From Octopus sinensis (Eukaryota), in NCBI RefSeq assembly GCF_006345805.1, contig NW_021833450.1, forward strand, positions 1 to 64,000: a stretch of 64,000 nt of DNA. The letters run 5' to 3'. Below the pieces are notes generated by a model. It was given only the letters and a program-made list of their open reading frames with translations. It did no database searches and was not told where the DNA came from. The position numbers were made by a program, and so were the translations under genes. Below are positions 1-13,215 of the stretch, piece after piece (position 1 is the stretch's first letter; the number at the start of each line of letters is the position of its first letter).

Positions 1-559
1 ACTGAATTGAATATCGAGAAAAAAAATCGCCAGAATTTTGGAAAAAGATCCTTTTATTTCTTCATTATTATTAACGCTTTCGTTCTTCTCTAGAACTTGT
101 CAAATACAATTTTGTGAATGTACAAACAGCTTGTTCATTTATATAAAACAGATGTTTTTTTGGGTTTTGTTTAGAAGAGAACATTGTTTTTGTTTTTGGG
201 TGAGGTTCCAAGACAATGGAGATGGATAGATAGAAATATAGGTAGGTAGATAGGCTGATAGATAGATTGATAGATATATAGATATATAGTTAGTTATATA
301 GATAGTCAGATAGATAGATAGATAGATAGATAGATGAGTAGAAGGTAAGAGAGAGAGAAGGGGTATCCACCTTCCTATTCACCATTCATTCATTTATTTA
401 ATTAGTTTTCCTTTTACCATTGTATTGGAAAGAATTTAAGGATGGTGACGTCTTAAAAAAATAAATAAAAATTTAAAATAAAAACAGGTGTGGTTTGGTC
501 ATCACTGAAAGTCTTTTTTGCTTTCTTTCTTATCCTCTTCTTTATTCCTCCTTTCTTTC

Positions 560-660
560 TTTTTCTCCTCTTTGTGTTATATTTAGAATATACCCATTCC
601 AAACATTCATTTTTGGAGGGAATGTTTTGATAAGGCTTAGTTCTGCATGAAAATACATTA
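560..660 (-). mobile_element. Penelope-like element tail fragment
   Basis: Translates AELSLIKTFPPKMNV, similar to the end of the GIY-YIG ORF at 3128 (VHFIKTFSPKLNV). Confidence 0.35.
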
Positions 661-689
661 GTATAATATTTGCAAATTAACAATTTGAA

Positions 690-2865
690 AAATCAATCAG
701 TAAATAAAATAAAACGAATATATATGTGCAAAACACTCCCCACCAAGACCTGTGAACAAAAAGTGCAGAATCCCCCAAAACAGAAAAAACTATTATCAGA
801 AAAATAAAAAGAACAAACAAAAAAATTAACAAACTAAAGTACTGCCAACAGCAACACACACATTCGACGGCTATCGCACTGCTTGAATCCAAAAAATATA
901 ACCTCCAACAATGCATGAAGACCCTCATCAATAACCAAAGATCAGCTGAGGAGAAGTGGGCCATTGAAAAAATCAAACTCAACCCCAAAGTGTTCTTTTC
1001 ATTTGCGAGGAAACGCAGGGTCACTGTCTCCATTGTTGGCCCTCTAATTGATGAAACTGGCACTCTCCAAGATAATGCCAAATCCATGGCCGAGATACTG
1101 CAGAAACAATACTGCTCTGTTTTCAGCAATCCTGATATGGCCGATCTGGGCTGTATCAGTGATGTCACCCCCCAACACACTATATCGGACATAACGTTTA
1201 GTGCCCCTGATGTCTTAGCGGCGATAAACGAAATAAAACACAATTCAGCAGTAGGCCCCGATAGGTTCCCTGCTTGTGTCCTGAAGGTGTGTCGACACCA
1301 ACTTGCATCTCCCCTTGCTAATCTGTGGAGAAACTCACTGGATGCTGGCTATATTCCAAAAACCTTCTGTCCCAGTCTGTTGTCCCAGTTTTCAAAAAGG
1401 AAACAAGTCCCTTGCAGTGAACTACCGTCCGATCTCACTCACCTCTCATATCATCAAGGTATTTGAGAGGGTGGTGAGATCTCGAATAACCCAATTTCTG
1501 GAAAGCAACAGACGGCTGATCTCTAACCAACATGGGTTCCGTAATGGAAGGGACTGCCTAACGCAGCTCCTGCATCACTTTGATGACATTTTGAGAGCTT
1601 TGGGAGAGGGCTCCAACACCGATGTCATCTACCTTGATTTCAGTAAGGCCTTCGACAGGATTGATCACAAGATCCTATTGAAAAAACTATCCAGCATTGG
1701 TGTCTCTGGAAAGTTACTGAAATGGATCAAGTGTTTCCTGACAGACAGATCTCAACATGTTGTAGTTGAAGGGGTAAAATCAAGCCCAGCCAAAGTCAGT
1801 AGTGGCGTTCCGCAAGGCACTGTGCTGGGCCCACTTCTTTTCATCATCTACATTAATGACATTAATGACATCATCAAGCACAGCAACATAAAAATCTTTG
1901 CAGATGATTCCAAGCTACAGAAGGTCATAAATGAGGCGAGTGACCGGACATGCCTTCAGTCAGATCTACTGGCTGTTATCCAATGGGCAGAAAAAAAACA
2001 ATATGCTGCTGAACGAGGATAAATTTGAGTTAATCCACTTTGGAAAAGAGGATGCCCTGAAACTCCCATACTCCCTTCCTTCAGGTGAAACTCTCGTGGC
2101 ATCCAACAACATCAGAGACTTGGGAGTAATTGTGGACAACATAAGCTGGGCCACTCATATAAACACCAAAGTTGACATGGCCCGCAGAATGTGTTCCTGG
2201 ATTCTCAGAACTTTCCAGTCGAGAGATATCCACACCATTATCCTTCTCTTCTCCACTTTTGCCCGACCCCACCTTGAATACTGTTGTCCACTGTGGTCTC
2301 CCCACACAAAACAAAGTACCATAAAATTTGAAGCACCTCAAAGGGCAATCACAAAAAAGATAGATGGCATGACAGGCCTCGACTATTGGGGTCGACTAGA
2401 AAAGCTAAAACTCTATTCTCTCCAACGTCGTCGTGAGCGCTACATCATCTGAATGATGTGGAAAATATTCCATCAGCATTGCCCAAATGATGTTGGCATC
2501 ACCTTTAAGGTACATCCAAGGCTTGGGCCCCGTGCCATCCGCCCAAAACAAAAATCGCACTCTCATCTCATAACAACAATACGGCACAATTATTTCACCT
2601 CAATTGGCCCCGCTCTCTTTAACATTACACCAAAACACATTAAAACAGAAACTGACCCTATAGGGTTCAAGAAGTCTTTGGACAGATTCCTTCAAGAAAT
2701 CCCGGATAAACCCCCTACACCCGGATATGTCTCTGTAAACAATAACTCTCTACTTGAGTGGGCCATACTGCCCAAATTCTGACTTGAAAGACTTCACCAG
2801 GTGGTGCTATTAAGTTAGACATGGCCTGGGCCAATAATGGCCGAAACCTATCAAAGTATCAAAGT
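690..2865 (+). mobile_element. 5'-truncated CR1/L2-group LINE, ORF2 reverse transcriptase with frameshifts
   Basis: NYRPISLTS, QHGFR, YLDFSKAFD, GVPQGTVLGPLLF, FADD motifs across ORFs 915-2782. Ends in a short (ATCAAAGT)2 tail. Confidence 0.9.
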
Positions 2866-3089
2866 ATATATACACACATACACACATACTTATATATACG
2901 TAAAGCTAGAACATCCCAATGCTACACATAGATATGATTCCTTGATGAAGTGTGTGTGTGTGTACGTGCGTGTGTGTGTGCATGTTTCTGTGTGCGTGTG
3001 TGAGTGTGTGTGCGTATGTTTGGGAACATGTCCATGTTTATCCTGTGTAACTCCAATCATGCCTCATAATTTTGCGTTAGAGAATATTA

Positions 3090-4215
3090 GTAAAACATTT
3101 ACGAAACCTACTGTCTCTGCTTTTCTTTCAAACATTCAACTTTGGAGAGAATGTTTTGATGAAATGTACTTCCATTGCTTTTCGGTATTGCGGATCGTTC
3201 CGTGAACATTTGTAAAAGGGAAAAATTTTGAATTTTCCGTCGCCGCATATTTCCAGATGCTTACTCAATGGAATCTTGCGTAATTCCTCTTGTCGGATAT
3301 GTTGCCTGTGGATTCTTGCACGTTGGCAGAGGAAATTATTTGTTTCGCCAATGTAATTTTCCTTGCAGTTTGAACAGGTTATGCAGTATATGAAGTTTTG
3401 TGCTTTGCAGTTCATATCTGCATTTATTTTGAAAAGGGGTCCGCTCTTGAATTTTATGTGGGAACCACTTTCCAAGTATTAGAAGTTGTTGATGTTGTTG
3501 CATGTTCCACATCTCCTATCTCCACATCTCCTATCTCTTCATTCTTTTACTAAGAATTCCGATTCATTCTCTGATTTGAATTCTGCCCTTGTGAGGTGTA
3601 TTTTAAGATTTTTTTGGTTGGTATCTACTATTCCGTAAGGTGTTTTTTCAATCAGATTTTTCATTTTGGGGCTTTGTAGGGGTATAGACTGGTTCGATTT
3701 TATGGTGTGAAAGATGTTGGTTATTCCAGGACTGTGTGTGTTAACGAACGGAATCGTGTTTTCATTAACTTTTTCCTTAAGTGTCCGTAGTTGGGTGATG
3801 GTCAGTTTCATCGTCTTTTTAATTCCCTCATTAATTAATCCTAAGGGGTATTTCTGAATGGTGAGGAAGCTTTTGAGTTCGTTGAGTCGGATTTCACGTA
3901 TTTTGGGGCCAGATACTATAGCACAGATGCTCTATGGGATGCCATGCTCTATGGGATGTTCCTTTTGATGTGCGAAGGATGGCAAGAGTAGAAATTAAAT
4001 ATTGGTGTGTGTCAGATTTTTTCTAAAATATATATCTGCTGTGACTGTGAAGTTCTGTATTTTTATGTGGATATCCAGGAATGGTAGTTCATTGCAACTG
4101 GATTCTGTCGTGAATTTGATGGATGGGTGAAGTGTGTTCAGTATATAGTTAAATATAGTCAGATCTTCATTCGATTTGTCCCAGAAGAGGAAGCAATCAT
4201 CAAAGAACCTCACCT
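3090..4215 (-). mobile_element. Penelope-like element, 5'-truncated (RT C-terminus + GIY-YIG endonuclease)
   Basis: RFFDDCF, LPFLDI, and IYCITCSNCKENYIGET GIY-YIG motif with a CxxC insert. Confidence 0.88.
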
Positions 4216-4384
4216 ATCCCCCCCAAAAAACAAAAACACTATTCTCTTCTAAACAAAACCCCCAAAATATCTGTTTTATATAAATGAACAAGCTGTTTGG
4301 ACATTCACAAAATTGTATTTGACAAGTTCGAGAGAGAGAGGAACGAAATAAAAGAATTTTTTTTCCAAAATTCTGACTTTTTCT

Positions 4385-4385
4385 T

Positions 4386-4426
<41 letters not shown>

Positions 4427-4434
4427 ATATATAT

Positions 4435-4482
<48 letters not shown>

Positions 4483-4597
4483 ATACATATATATACATAT
4501 ACAAACACATACATGCATACATACATACATACATACATATATACATACATACACATACACACACATACACACACACACAAACACACATATATATATG

Positions 4598-4661
<64 letters not shown>

Positions 4662-4758
4662 CACAAAACGGCGGTGCATCAGCATGGCCGCAGCTCTGAG
4701 CTGAAACTAGAAAAAATATATATATGTATGTATGTATATATATACATGTGCATATGTA

Positions 4759-4789
<31 letters not shown>

Positions 4790-4829
4790 ATACAACATAT
4801 ATATACGTATATATATATATATACATGCA

Positions 4830-4877
<48 letters not shown>

Positions 4878-4910
4878 TAGATATATATGATATGTATATA
4901 TATATATATA
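4385..4910. repeat. Compound (TA)n/(TACA)n microsatellite at the outer left breakpoint
   Basis: Directly visible. A similar compound tract lies at 53840-54290, at the outer right breakpoint. Confidence 0.95.
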
Positions 4911-5100
4911 TTATGCATGAATAAAAATATCTTTGGATGCATTTCATTTGAGAGGTTTGCATTTAATTTTAATTTCTTATATGTATATGAATATTTTATT
5001 GGATCAGTTAATGTCTGGAGAATGTGTTGTGTACATTGTTTCGCTGTGATTCTTTACAGTATGTGTTGTGTAAAATGTAAATATTTTATTGGTCGGTGAT

Positions 5101-5107
5101 TATATAG
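5101..5107 (+). promoter_or_regulatory. Possible TATA box of PAN gene A (mirror copy at 53617-53623 on -)
   Basis: TATATAG inside the near-identical upstream block, ~550 nt before the ATG. No TSS evidence. Confidence 0.25.
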
Positions 5108-5654
5108 GGAACTATTTGAGATGTACGGCTAAATTGAAAGTGTCTTGCGTACCACGTGGGCCAGGTTTAACTGGATCATCTTTTGAACTGAGAATATCGT
5201 TGATATGGCTTTTACTTGTACTTCAGTCATATCGTTTTCAAATTCATACCTGATTCTTGTTCATTTTAAATTCATGGATCGTGAATATTGACAGTTTCCA
5301 CATCTCTCACCAGGAAATGTTTTTGCAAAAAGTAATTGCGATATCAATCTGAGTACAAATATTATTGTTTCATTCTTTGATAAATTTATCCTTGTACGAT
5401 TCTTTTTGATATCTTTGTCTGTCATTTCCCCGATTGTGGTCAGGTGGTTATTATGTATCGTCTTTGATGTTTTATCCCTCCTAACCGTTCTTGTCTCCAA
5501 ATGATGGTACATGATCCAGTGGACATAGATTCCTTCTAAGAACATAATTGGGTTTGACAAGGAATGGATCAGCAGTAAGAATGTGGTCAACTCTCGCATT
5601 ATATTTTTATGGTGATGATGTGGTGGTGGTCATCGTCGTATTTATTATCGAATT

Positions 5655-5700
5655 ATGCATATAACACTTCTCTTTCTTAATCTTTTCGTCTTTAATGTTT
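5655..5700 (+). CDS. PAN gene A exon 1: signal peptide MHITLLFLNLFVFNV, phase-1 donor
   Basis: ATG at 5655, 15 hydrophobic codons + 1 nt, donor GTAAAT at 5701. The phase fits exon 2, and the exon is identical in the right arm. Confidence 0.75.
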
Positions 5701-6352
5701 GTAAATTAATGCTAAACGTGGACATGGAATATAAAATATTTTACAAAATAAATTTTCGTTGCAGTTCTCTTCTACATCTCATTGACATTTGGAAATGGAC
5801 GTGAGTAGATTTATATCAATATATAGACCTATATCTATAAACATTATAAAAATCACAGCGCAAAATTGTAATTTATAAGTTCAGTATAGGAAAATATTTT
5901 CCTTCTCAGAGTAAATTAGTTGAAAAGAAAATTTAAAATTCTAAGTTCAAGATAAAACCGCCGAATAATGACGAATTCAATTCTGAACATATTTTCATTC
6001 GTCGTCAGTGTTTCGTCAGTTTCTAAGCATTTTGTTAAATTTGACAAAGTGCTGATACTGGGGCAAACTTTACAATGCACAACCGCTGAACATTATAGAA
6101 CATAACATATGAGTCATTTAAATATGAGAATTAAACAACTTTAAAAACTCATATTTATTAAACAGATAATATATTCCAAGATGCCTTGTACCTACACTAT
6201 GGTAGTAACAACTTTATCACTTCTTCCTAGTAAACATACCGATGTTGATCGTCAAACATTTAATATTCTCTTTCTTTATATTATATATTTTCACAATATT
6301 TTATTTACGTCTTCCTATTTGGGTTGTTTAATTTGCCTGGCTTTTGTTACAG

Positions 6353-6610
6353 TTGAATATCTGACGTATTTTATAAAAGTACAACACTGTGATCTGAAAG
6401 ATGCTAAAACATTGATGACACTTGATGTGGATGACTTCAACTGTTCGAAGAATTGTTTTGAAACTTCTGCATGTAAATCCTTCGTGAGCAGAACGATAAG
6501 CCCAAGATGTATTTTATACGAAGATGACTCAACAGAGAAAATTCTAACAATGGAAAATAATGCCTATTTTTATCAGTTGAGAAGAACTGTGCCGACCAAG
6601 TATAGAGACG
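6353..6610 (+). CDS. PAN gene A exon 2: PAN/Apple-like domain 1
   Basis: ttttgttacAG acceptor, G|GTAAAC donor, 258 nt, phase 1-1. Encodes C-x3-C-x5-C-x-S-F...C-I-L-Y (CSKNCFETSACKSF...RCILY). Confidence 0.88.
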
Positions 6611-7399
6611 GTAAACAAATTTGAATCTTCTGGGTTTATTTTATTCCTTGACTTGTATTCTGTGTTTTAGTCCAAAGAGAGACAATACTGTCGGCATTTG
6701 AAAAGTCTCTACGATTTCTCTGGTCAATGTAGAATGGTGTCTGTGGATAAAAAATTGTTTGTAGAGTTTTCGTTTCAGAGAGTGAAAGTTCTAATAAAGG
6801 TTTGATTGATGCGCTTAGCATAGATTTTGGGATTGAGACACAAGATTACCAAGGAGAAAAGAGAAAAGGCAACGTTTTGTCAAAAGGTTGTGTGTTTAGG
6901 TTTTTGTCACGTGACTGTCAGTGAATATTCTCAATATCTTTGATGATGAAAATAATGCATGTCTGGGGTGTAATATCTAAATTGTGTGTAGATGACATTA
7001 GTCTGTGAGGGAGACGAAAAGATATCTTACACTATATGAGGATATGATACCAGTTTTACTTAAATTACGTAAAATAATTACAGAAGATTAACTGAATGTG
7101 TGAAACACAGATTTAATTTTTTTCACGTAGAAAATGAAGAAATTTGGAACCAAATTGGGTAACTCATCCATAAACGAATGAAAATCCTAAAACTGGATCA
7201 AATCAAAATATTCACAATTCTGATCACCTTTCTTTCTTTCTTCTTCTTCTTCTTTCTTTCTATCTTCTTCTTCTTCTTCTTCCATCTCTTTTCTCTCGCT
7301 TGCTTTATTTTTCAGATGAAAATCAAGCACGTTTATTATTTTGTAGTTCCCTGTGCGCCAAGCTTTCAGAGATGTGTTAGTAAGTTAGTCCGTCCGGAG

Positions 7400-9440
7400 T
7401 TGACGGGTTCAATCGTCAACAACTGACGGTGGATGACTCCGAAAAATGCTTCTAGAATAGAAACATTAATAGAGAATTAGCGATAAGGAAATCTAGAGTA
7501 GGCGGAGACCCTGTTAGGAAGCTAGAAGAAGCATTTAGGAAGAGCAATCGACATGTTGGCGGCGAGATTGGCTCTTGACTTATTTTTCAAGAACGACGTT
7601 TGATTTGTCAAACCTAGGGAGCGCACTGTAATGCACGAAGAAACAATAACTCTTGGATGCGCCCGAGTAGAAGAGTAGAAGAGGCGTAATGTGGCAACTT
7701 TGCGCGACTGTTTTGGTAGGGTGGTGGGTCTCGATAACGGACGCGAAATTCTGCAACAGCCGATTACAACCCCTGAAATACGGGAGGCGATGAGCGATTG
7801 CATAAGTCGCATATTCCGGTTTGGAAGGTTTGCCCTACGAATTCTGTGTATTCATGCCAGATTTGTTTCGCAACCTCTTGGAAGATGTCTACAGCAACTG
7901 ACAGCAGAACAGGAGAATTCCTAGGGCTCTTAACCGGGTTGTAGTAACACTGCTGAGAAAGGACACCGACAATGGGGACATGTTGGGGAATTTCAGCCCA
8001 TAACTCTGCTAACCACAGAGTTTAAGATTTTGGCCAAAGTGTTAGCGAAAAGGTTGGCCTTTGTCGTCGGTAGTCTGGTCGGGGAGGCACAAATGTGAGC
8101 TATTCCGAGCAGGTCTATCCACGACAACTCTACATCGTAGAGACGGCTGGGACTAAAGCTGACCAATTTAGATCAATCGAAAGCTTTCGATAGGATCAAC
8201 CAATGCTATTTTGAAGCCGTCCTGAAAGCAGCCGGTTTCGAACCCGTTCTCAGAGGCTGGATTACTGTAATGCACAGTGACACTTGCTCGGTGGGCAAAA
8301 TAAATGGTCACCTTTCGCAACCGTTTAGTATCGTACTGGCTCTCGAGCCACTTCTGTGGAAGTTGGAACAGTTAAGTGGCCTCTCTTTCGAAATTGGACT
8401 CGGGAGGGCAGTGTCGAGTGCCTCTGCAGGGGAGACGGTCGGCTCCATTGTAAAGGAATATGAATCGGTTGCTGGGGCTAAAATCAATGCCGAGGAGTCG
8501 GTGGACTTGCGACTGGGCATCTGGAGAAGCAGATCGATGCTCTCGGACGGCGTCGTCGGACGTTTGACTGATGGACCTGTTAAACCGCCCGGGGTCTGAT
8601 TTGGTCCCAACCTCCACGTGGATAAGAATTGGAAAGAGGTGAGGAAGAGAGGGGCGGCTGTCTTACCAAGAAATGGGGAGAGAGGAAGTTGTCCCTGAAA
8701 GGTCGGGCAAAGGTGGCACATGCCTACATTACTCTGTTATTATTTATAGTCTGACCGACATGCCTTATCCCAGTTACCGCTTGATTAGACTGGAGTGTAT
8801 CCTGTTTCTTTTCATGTAGAAAGGACGCGTTCCAATGGTCAGGCGGTCGGTCTGCCGCCAACTTCCTTTGCGTGGCGGCATAGGCATGCCATAGTTTTTA
8901 ATGAGCAGACACGCACCCAGGTTGTGCCACCTGCAGCGAAGGTTACCCTATGTGGATTCGTCTCCAAACAGAGCTGCAGTTCTGGGTAAAGGATAGGCCG
9001 AGACTGGGCACCTGGTACTTAAAATATTGTCAGGCGCTCACTGTCCTGTACCAGTTGGGCAATAGGACATGTGGATGGGCCACTTTAGCTATTTACAGAG
9101 AATTAGTAGTGGGGAAGTGCGATGATGTCCTCGGGGAGAACCTGGGCGTCAACTAAAACGAAATAGCTAGTCTATTGCGGAGGACTTTTCGATCGGGGGC
9201 TACTATTGATAATATCCAGATATCTTTTGTCCTGGCAGTGCTAGCGGAGGGCGCTACTCGTTCAAAATAAACTCTACAAACATGGTTGTACTGTCAGATG
9301 GGCTTGTCCGAGGTGCCTACAGTGCGACGAAACCGTTCTGCATGAACTGGTTCAATTTCCGGGCATTGCTGACTTGTGGAATTATGTCGAAAAGCTGCTG
9401 TCGTATGTGAGACAGATCCGTTTATCAGCAGAGTCCATAA
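7400..9440 (+). mobile_element. Degraded L1/Tx1-clade LINE ORF2
   Basis: PITLLTTEFKILAKVLAKRL near 8000 and DQSKAFDRI near 8170, with many stops and frameshifts. Absent from the right arm. Confidence 0.75.
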
Positions 9441-9444
9441 TGAT

Positions 9445-9497
9445 AATTGCTCCCTCGACCGCGAGTCCGCTGCCCTAACCACTTGGCCATGTGCTTC
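9445..9497 (-). mobile_element. tRNA-derived SINE head fragment
   Basis: Reverse complement GGCCAAGTGGTTAGGGCAGCGGACTCGCGGTC has an A-box-like motif. Confidence 0.5.
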
Positions 9498-9500
9498 CAC

Positions 9501-9757
9501 AATAATAAATGCACCCTTTTAAAGCCTAGCCAGACTCATGGGCCCGGTTTCCCGGTTTCCATGGCGTATGTGTTCCCCAGCTGCATGGGACGCCAGTCCA
9601 TCGCAGCGTTACTCATTTGTGCCAGCTGAGTAGACTGGAGCAACGTGAAATGAAGTGTTTTGCTCAAGAACACAACGTTTCGCCCGGTCAAGGAATCGAA
9701 ACCACAACCTTACGATCATGATGCTGACACCCTAACCACTAAGCCACGCGCCTCCAC
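9501..9757 (-). mobile_element. tRNA-derived SINE, full length
   Basis: A box TGGCTTAGTGG and B box GTTTCGATTCC on -, with an AT tail. The central block is shared with the SINE at 57105. Confidence 0.75.
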
Positions 9758-9775
9758 TAGCCACAAGCCTCCACA

Positions 9776-12210
9776 TTGTAGCGTATAGTTTTAGGTCATC
9801 CATATATAAAAGATGGCTGATTGTTTTGCCGTAACATTTGTATCTGCATCCAGTTCTATTTAGCATGTCAGATAGAGGTGTCAGTGCCAAGCAGAAAAGG
9901 AGTGAGGAAAGCGTGTCTCTCCGGAATATTCCTCTTCTAATGGGAATGGCTTTAGTTTTCACGAGTCCTTCTTTTGTTTGGAGCTGTAGCACTGTCTGCC
10001 ATTTATTCATAGAGCGTCTTATGTATTTTATAATTATTGGTGCTACCTTGTTCATGGCTAGTGTTTTGAGGATCCATGTGTGGGGAATACTATCAAACGC
10101 ATTTCGGTAGTCGATCCAGGCAATACTGAGGCCTTTCTTCTTTCTGCGGCAGTCTTCAGTTATGGTTTTGTTGATCATTAATTGATCTTTACAGCTGTAT
10201 GAGCCCTTGCAGCATCCCTTCTACTCTTCTGGAAACAGGTTGTTTTCTTCTAGATGTTTGCTCAATCTTTGCGATATTACTTCAGTAAAGGCTTTGTACA
10301 TTGTAGGGAGACAGGTTATAGGTCTGTAGTTTTGTGGGTTTGCCGTTTCAGTAGATTTGAGAATTAGGATATATTTCCATTTCATGAGCCATTCAGGCAT
10401 TGTCTCTGGCTCTGCTAGTATGTCATTAAAGTTTTCAGCCAGCTTTTTGCGTGTACCTGTAAGATATTTTAACCAGAAGTTGGAGATCTTGTCGTGCCCA
10501 GGTGCCTTCCAGTTGCTTAGTCTTTGCAGTGCCTGGGTGACCTCTTCAATTGTTATTGGGGGCCAGAGTTGCTCAGGTGGTATGTTCGTTGTTTAATTAG
10601 TCCTTTTCTGAGGTTGTTCATTCGCCGACCATATTTCTTTCCAAAATCCTTCCACATCTTCTGCTGTTGGTGCTGCATTGATGCTTGTTTTATTTTTGAC
10701 AAGTTCTTGGTAGAATTTTTGGGGGTTGGAGTTGAACTGTTTGTTTTGTTCAAAGAAACGTTGGCGTTTCCCATACCGGTGGATCATTTGTGCTTTTGCA
10801 AGTATATCTTGCTTTAGCTTTTCTTTTACCTCAGGTAAATCTTCTTCTGTAATGTATTTGCACAGTATTTTTGTTTTCTTCTTGTTACTTAGTAGTTTTG
10901 ATTGTCTACTAATTTCGTTAACAATCGACAAATACTTTTTATGGATATTATTTATCCACAGGGTTTGTTTGGGTGGTCGTACTCCTGTTTGGATGGGTTT
11001 GAGGGAGCATCCAGCTCCTTTCGTGCGTGCAGTGGCTTCTACATATATTATGTCATTTAGCTCAGTGATATTGCCATTTGTTTCTGTGGCTATTAGTTCC
11101 GTAACGGCCAGGGTTATGCTTTTTATTATTGATGTGTTATTGTCTATTTTGATTTTTGGTATAGTCAGTGGTGCATTCTGAGATCTGTGGTTTTAAGTTC
11201 TTTGATTATTCTCATCTTTATAGTATCATAATCATTAGGTTCCCCTTCGTTGTTTCCCGGCTTTAGATTTGCTTCGCCTTCCTTCTCATTCATATGTTTG
11301 CCTGCGGTGTTCTGGATTGGTACTTTTTGTACATTATTATACATCCCTACGGTTCGGGTTTGTTGTTTTTTGTTTACTTCGCTTTTGCTGGAAATGTTAC
11401 GTTTGTCTTCGTGTTTTACTATCTCAGTGTCTATACTATTTGGCATTGTTATGTGGCTACTATCTACATTTTCCTGGTGTATTTTCCTTTCAAGTGTTCT
11501 ATTTCTATTTCTGATATATTTTTCCGTATGAGAATATATCTTCGTATGTTAACTAGTTTATTAGGGTTCATTGCTGTATCCAAGTCTTTATTTAGGTTAT
11601 TTTTCTTCCATATTTATATGTATATGTTGTGTTGCTTTCTTTCTTTGAGTAGAGGACTGCTGTAAAATAAGCATGTAGGATTGAAATATATTCCTCACGT
11701 GTCCGTTTATGCCCTTTCGGTTTTATTTGCGGGACATGAGAAACAATGTCCGGCGCTTTATTTTGACGGTCATCATTTTCGTAGGGTACCGGTCCGGTCA
11801 TTTCTGATGTCAAATAGTTTTGCACGTGTAGTTTTTCGTACTTTTTGTGTAACAAGTTTAAAGTACGTACTTCCGCATTGTTATTCATGGGTTCAATAAG
11901 ACCGGTATTATTTAATTTATTTGTAATTTTTTTGTACATGATGTTTGGGGCCGGAGTTGGTCTGGTGTTCATGGATCGTAATGTATCAAGCGTGTTTACA
12001 TGTGCTGTGCGACAGTGGAGATGATATCCAGTTAAAATACATCATTTCATTTGGAAAATAGAAATAAATTTCAGTGAGTATTACTTATTCGGATATAGTC
12101 CAACACTTTGTCAGCTATTTTTTGTTCCATGTGATGTCTTCATTTCCGATGATTTTGGATAAATTTTAGAGCAGTGTTTTATCGCTCTCATATGTTAAAC
12201 ATCCCCGGTG
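9776..12210 (-). mobile_element. Dong/R4-clade LINE, 5' half, truncated at the RT YMDD motif
   Basis: AWIDYRNAFDSIPH, GIFRRDTLSSLLFCLAL, HLLYMDDLKLYA. Same family as 41577-45557. Confidence 0.85.
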
Positions 12211-12216
12211 CCTTCC

Positions 12217-13215
12217 TGTCTTCTTTCTTCTCTTCTTCTTCTTCTTCTTCTTTTTCTTCTTCTTTTTCTCTTCTTCTTATTCTTCTTCTTCCTCTTCTTC
12301 CTTTCTTCTTATTTTTTCTTCTTCTTCTTCTTTACTTACTTTCTTCTTCTTCTTCTCTTTTCCTTTTTACTTCTATTTCTTCTTCCTTTTTACTCTATAC
12401 TTCTTCTTCCTTTTCTACTTTATACTTCTTCTTCCTTTTCTACCTCTACTTCTTCTTCCTTTTCTTATTCTTCTCTTTCTTCTTATTTCTTCTTCTTTTC
12501 CATTTCTTCTTCTTCTTATTCTTCTTCTTCTTATTATTCCATTCTTCCTATTCTACTTCTTTTCTTATTCTTTCTTATTCCTTTTCTTATTCTTCTCTTC
12601 TTCCATTCTTCTATTCTTCTTTTTTCTTCTACTTCTTCTTCTTCCATTTCTTCCTCCTCTTTCTTCTTGGCCTTTTCTCTTCTCTTCTTCTTCTTCTTCT
12701 TCCTTTTCTTCTTCTTCCTTTTCTTCTTCCTTCTCTTCTTCTTTTCTTCTTCTTCTTATTTTTCTTCTTCGTCTTCTTCTTCCTTTTCTTCTTCTTCTTC
12801 TTTCTATTCTTCTTCCTTTTCTTCTTCTTCTTCTTTTCTCTTTTTCTTCTGCTTCTTCCTTTTCTTCTTCTGCCTTTTTTTCTTCTTCTTTTCTTCTTCT
12901 TCCTTTTCTTCTTTTTTTCCTTTTTCTTCTTTTTCTCCTCTTTCTTCTTCTTCTTCTTCTTCTTCCTTTCTTCCCCTTCTTCTCTATATTCTCCTCGTCT
13001 CTACTTCCTCTCCTGATACTCCTCCTGCTTCCTCCTGCTCTTCCTCCTCCACTCGTCCTCCTCATCCTCCTCCTCCTGTTCCTACTTCTCCTCCTTCTCC
13101 ACTTCCTCTCTACCTCTCCCCTCCTCCTCCTCCTTTTTCTTCTTCTTCTTTTTCTCCTCCTTCTCTCCTCATCCTCCCTTCCCCTCCCCCTCTTTTCCTC
13201 CTTTTTCTTCTTCTT
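12217..13215. repeat. ~1 kb (TTC/TCC)n polypyrimidine tract
   Basis: Degenerate trinucleotide array that is almost entirely pyrimidine on +. Confidence 0.95.

Noticed and set aside
4305-4962. Long ORFs of YI/MYVC/HTYI repeats (also 53795-55013, 61764-62683 and others)
   Set aside because: They are translations of (TA)n/(TACA)n microsatellites, not genes.
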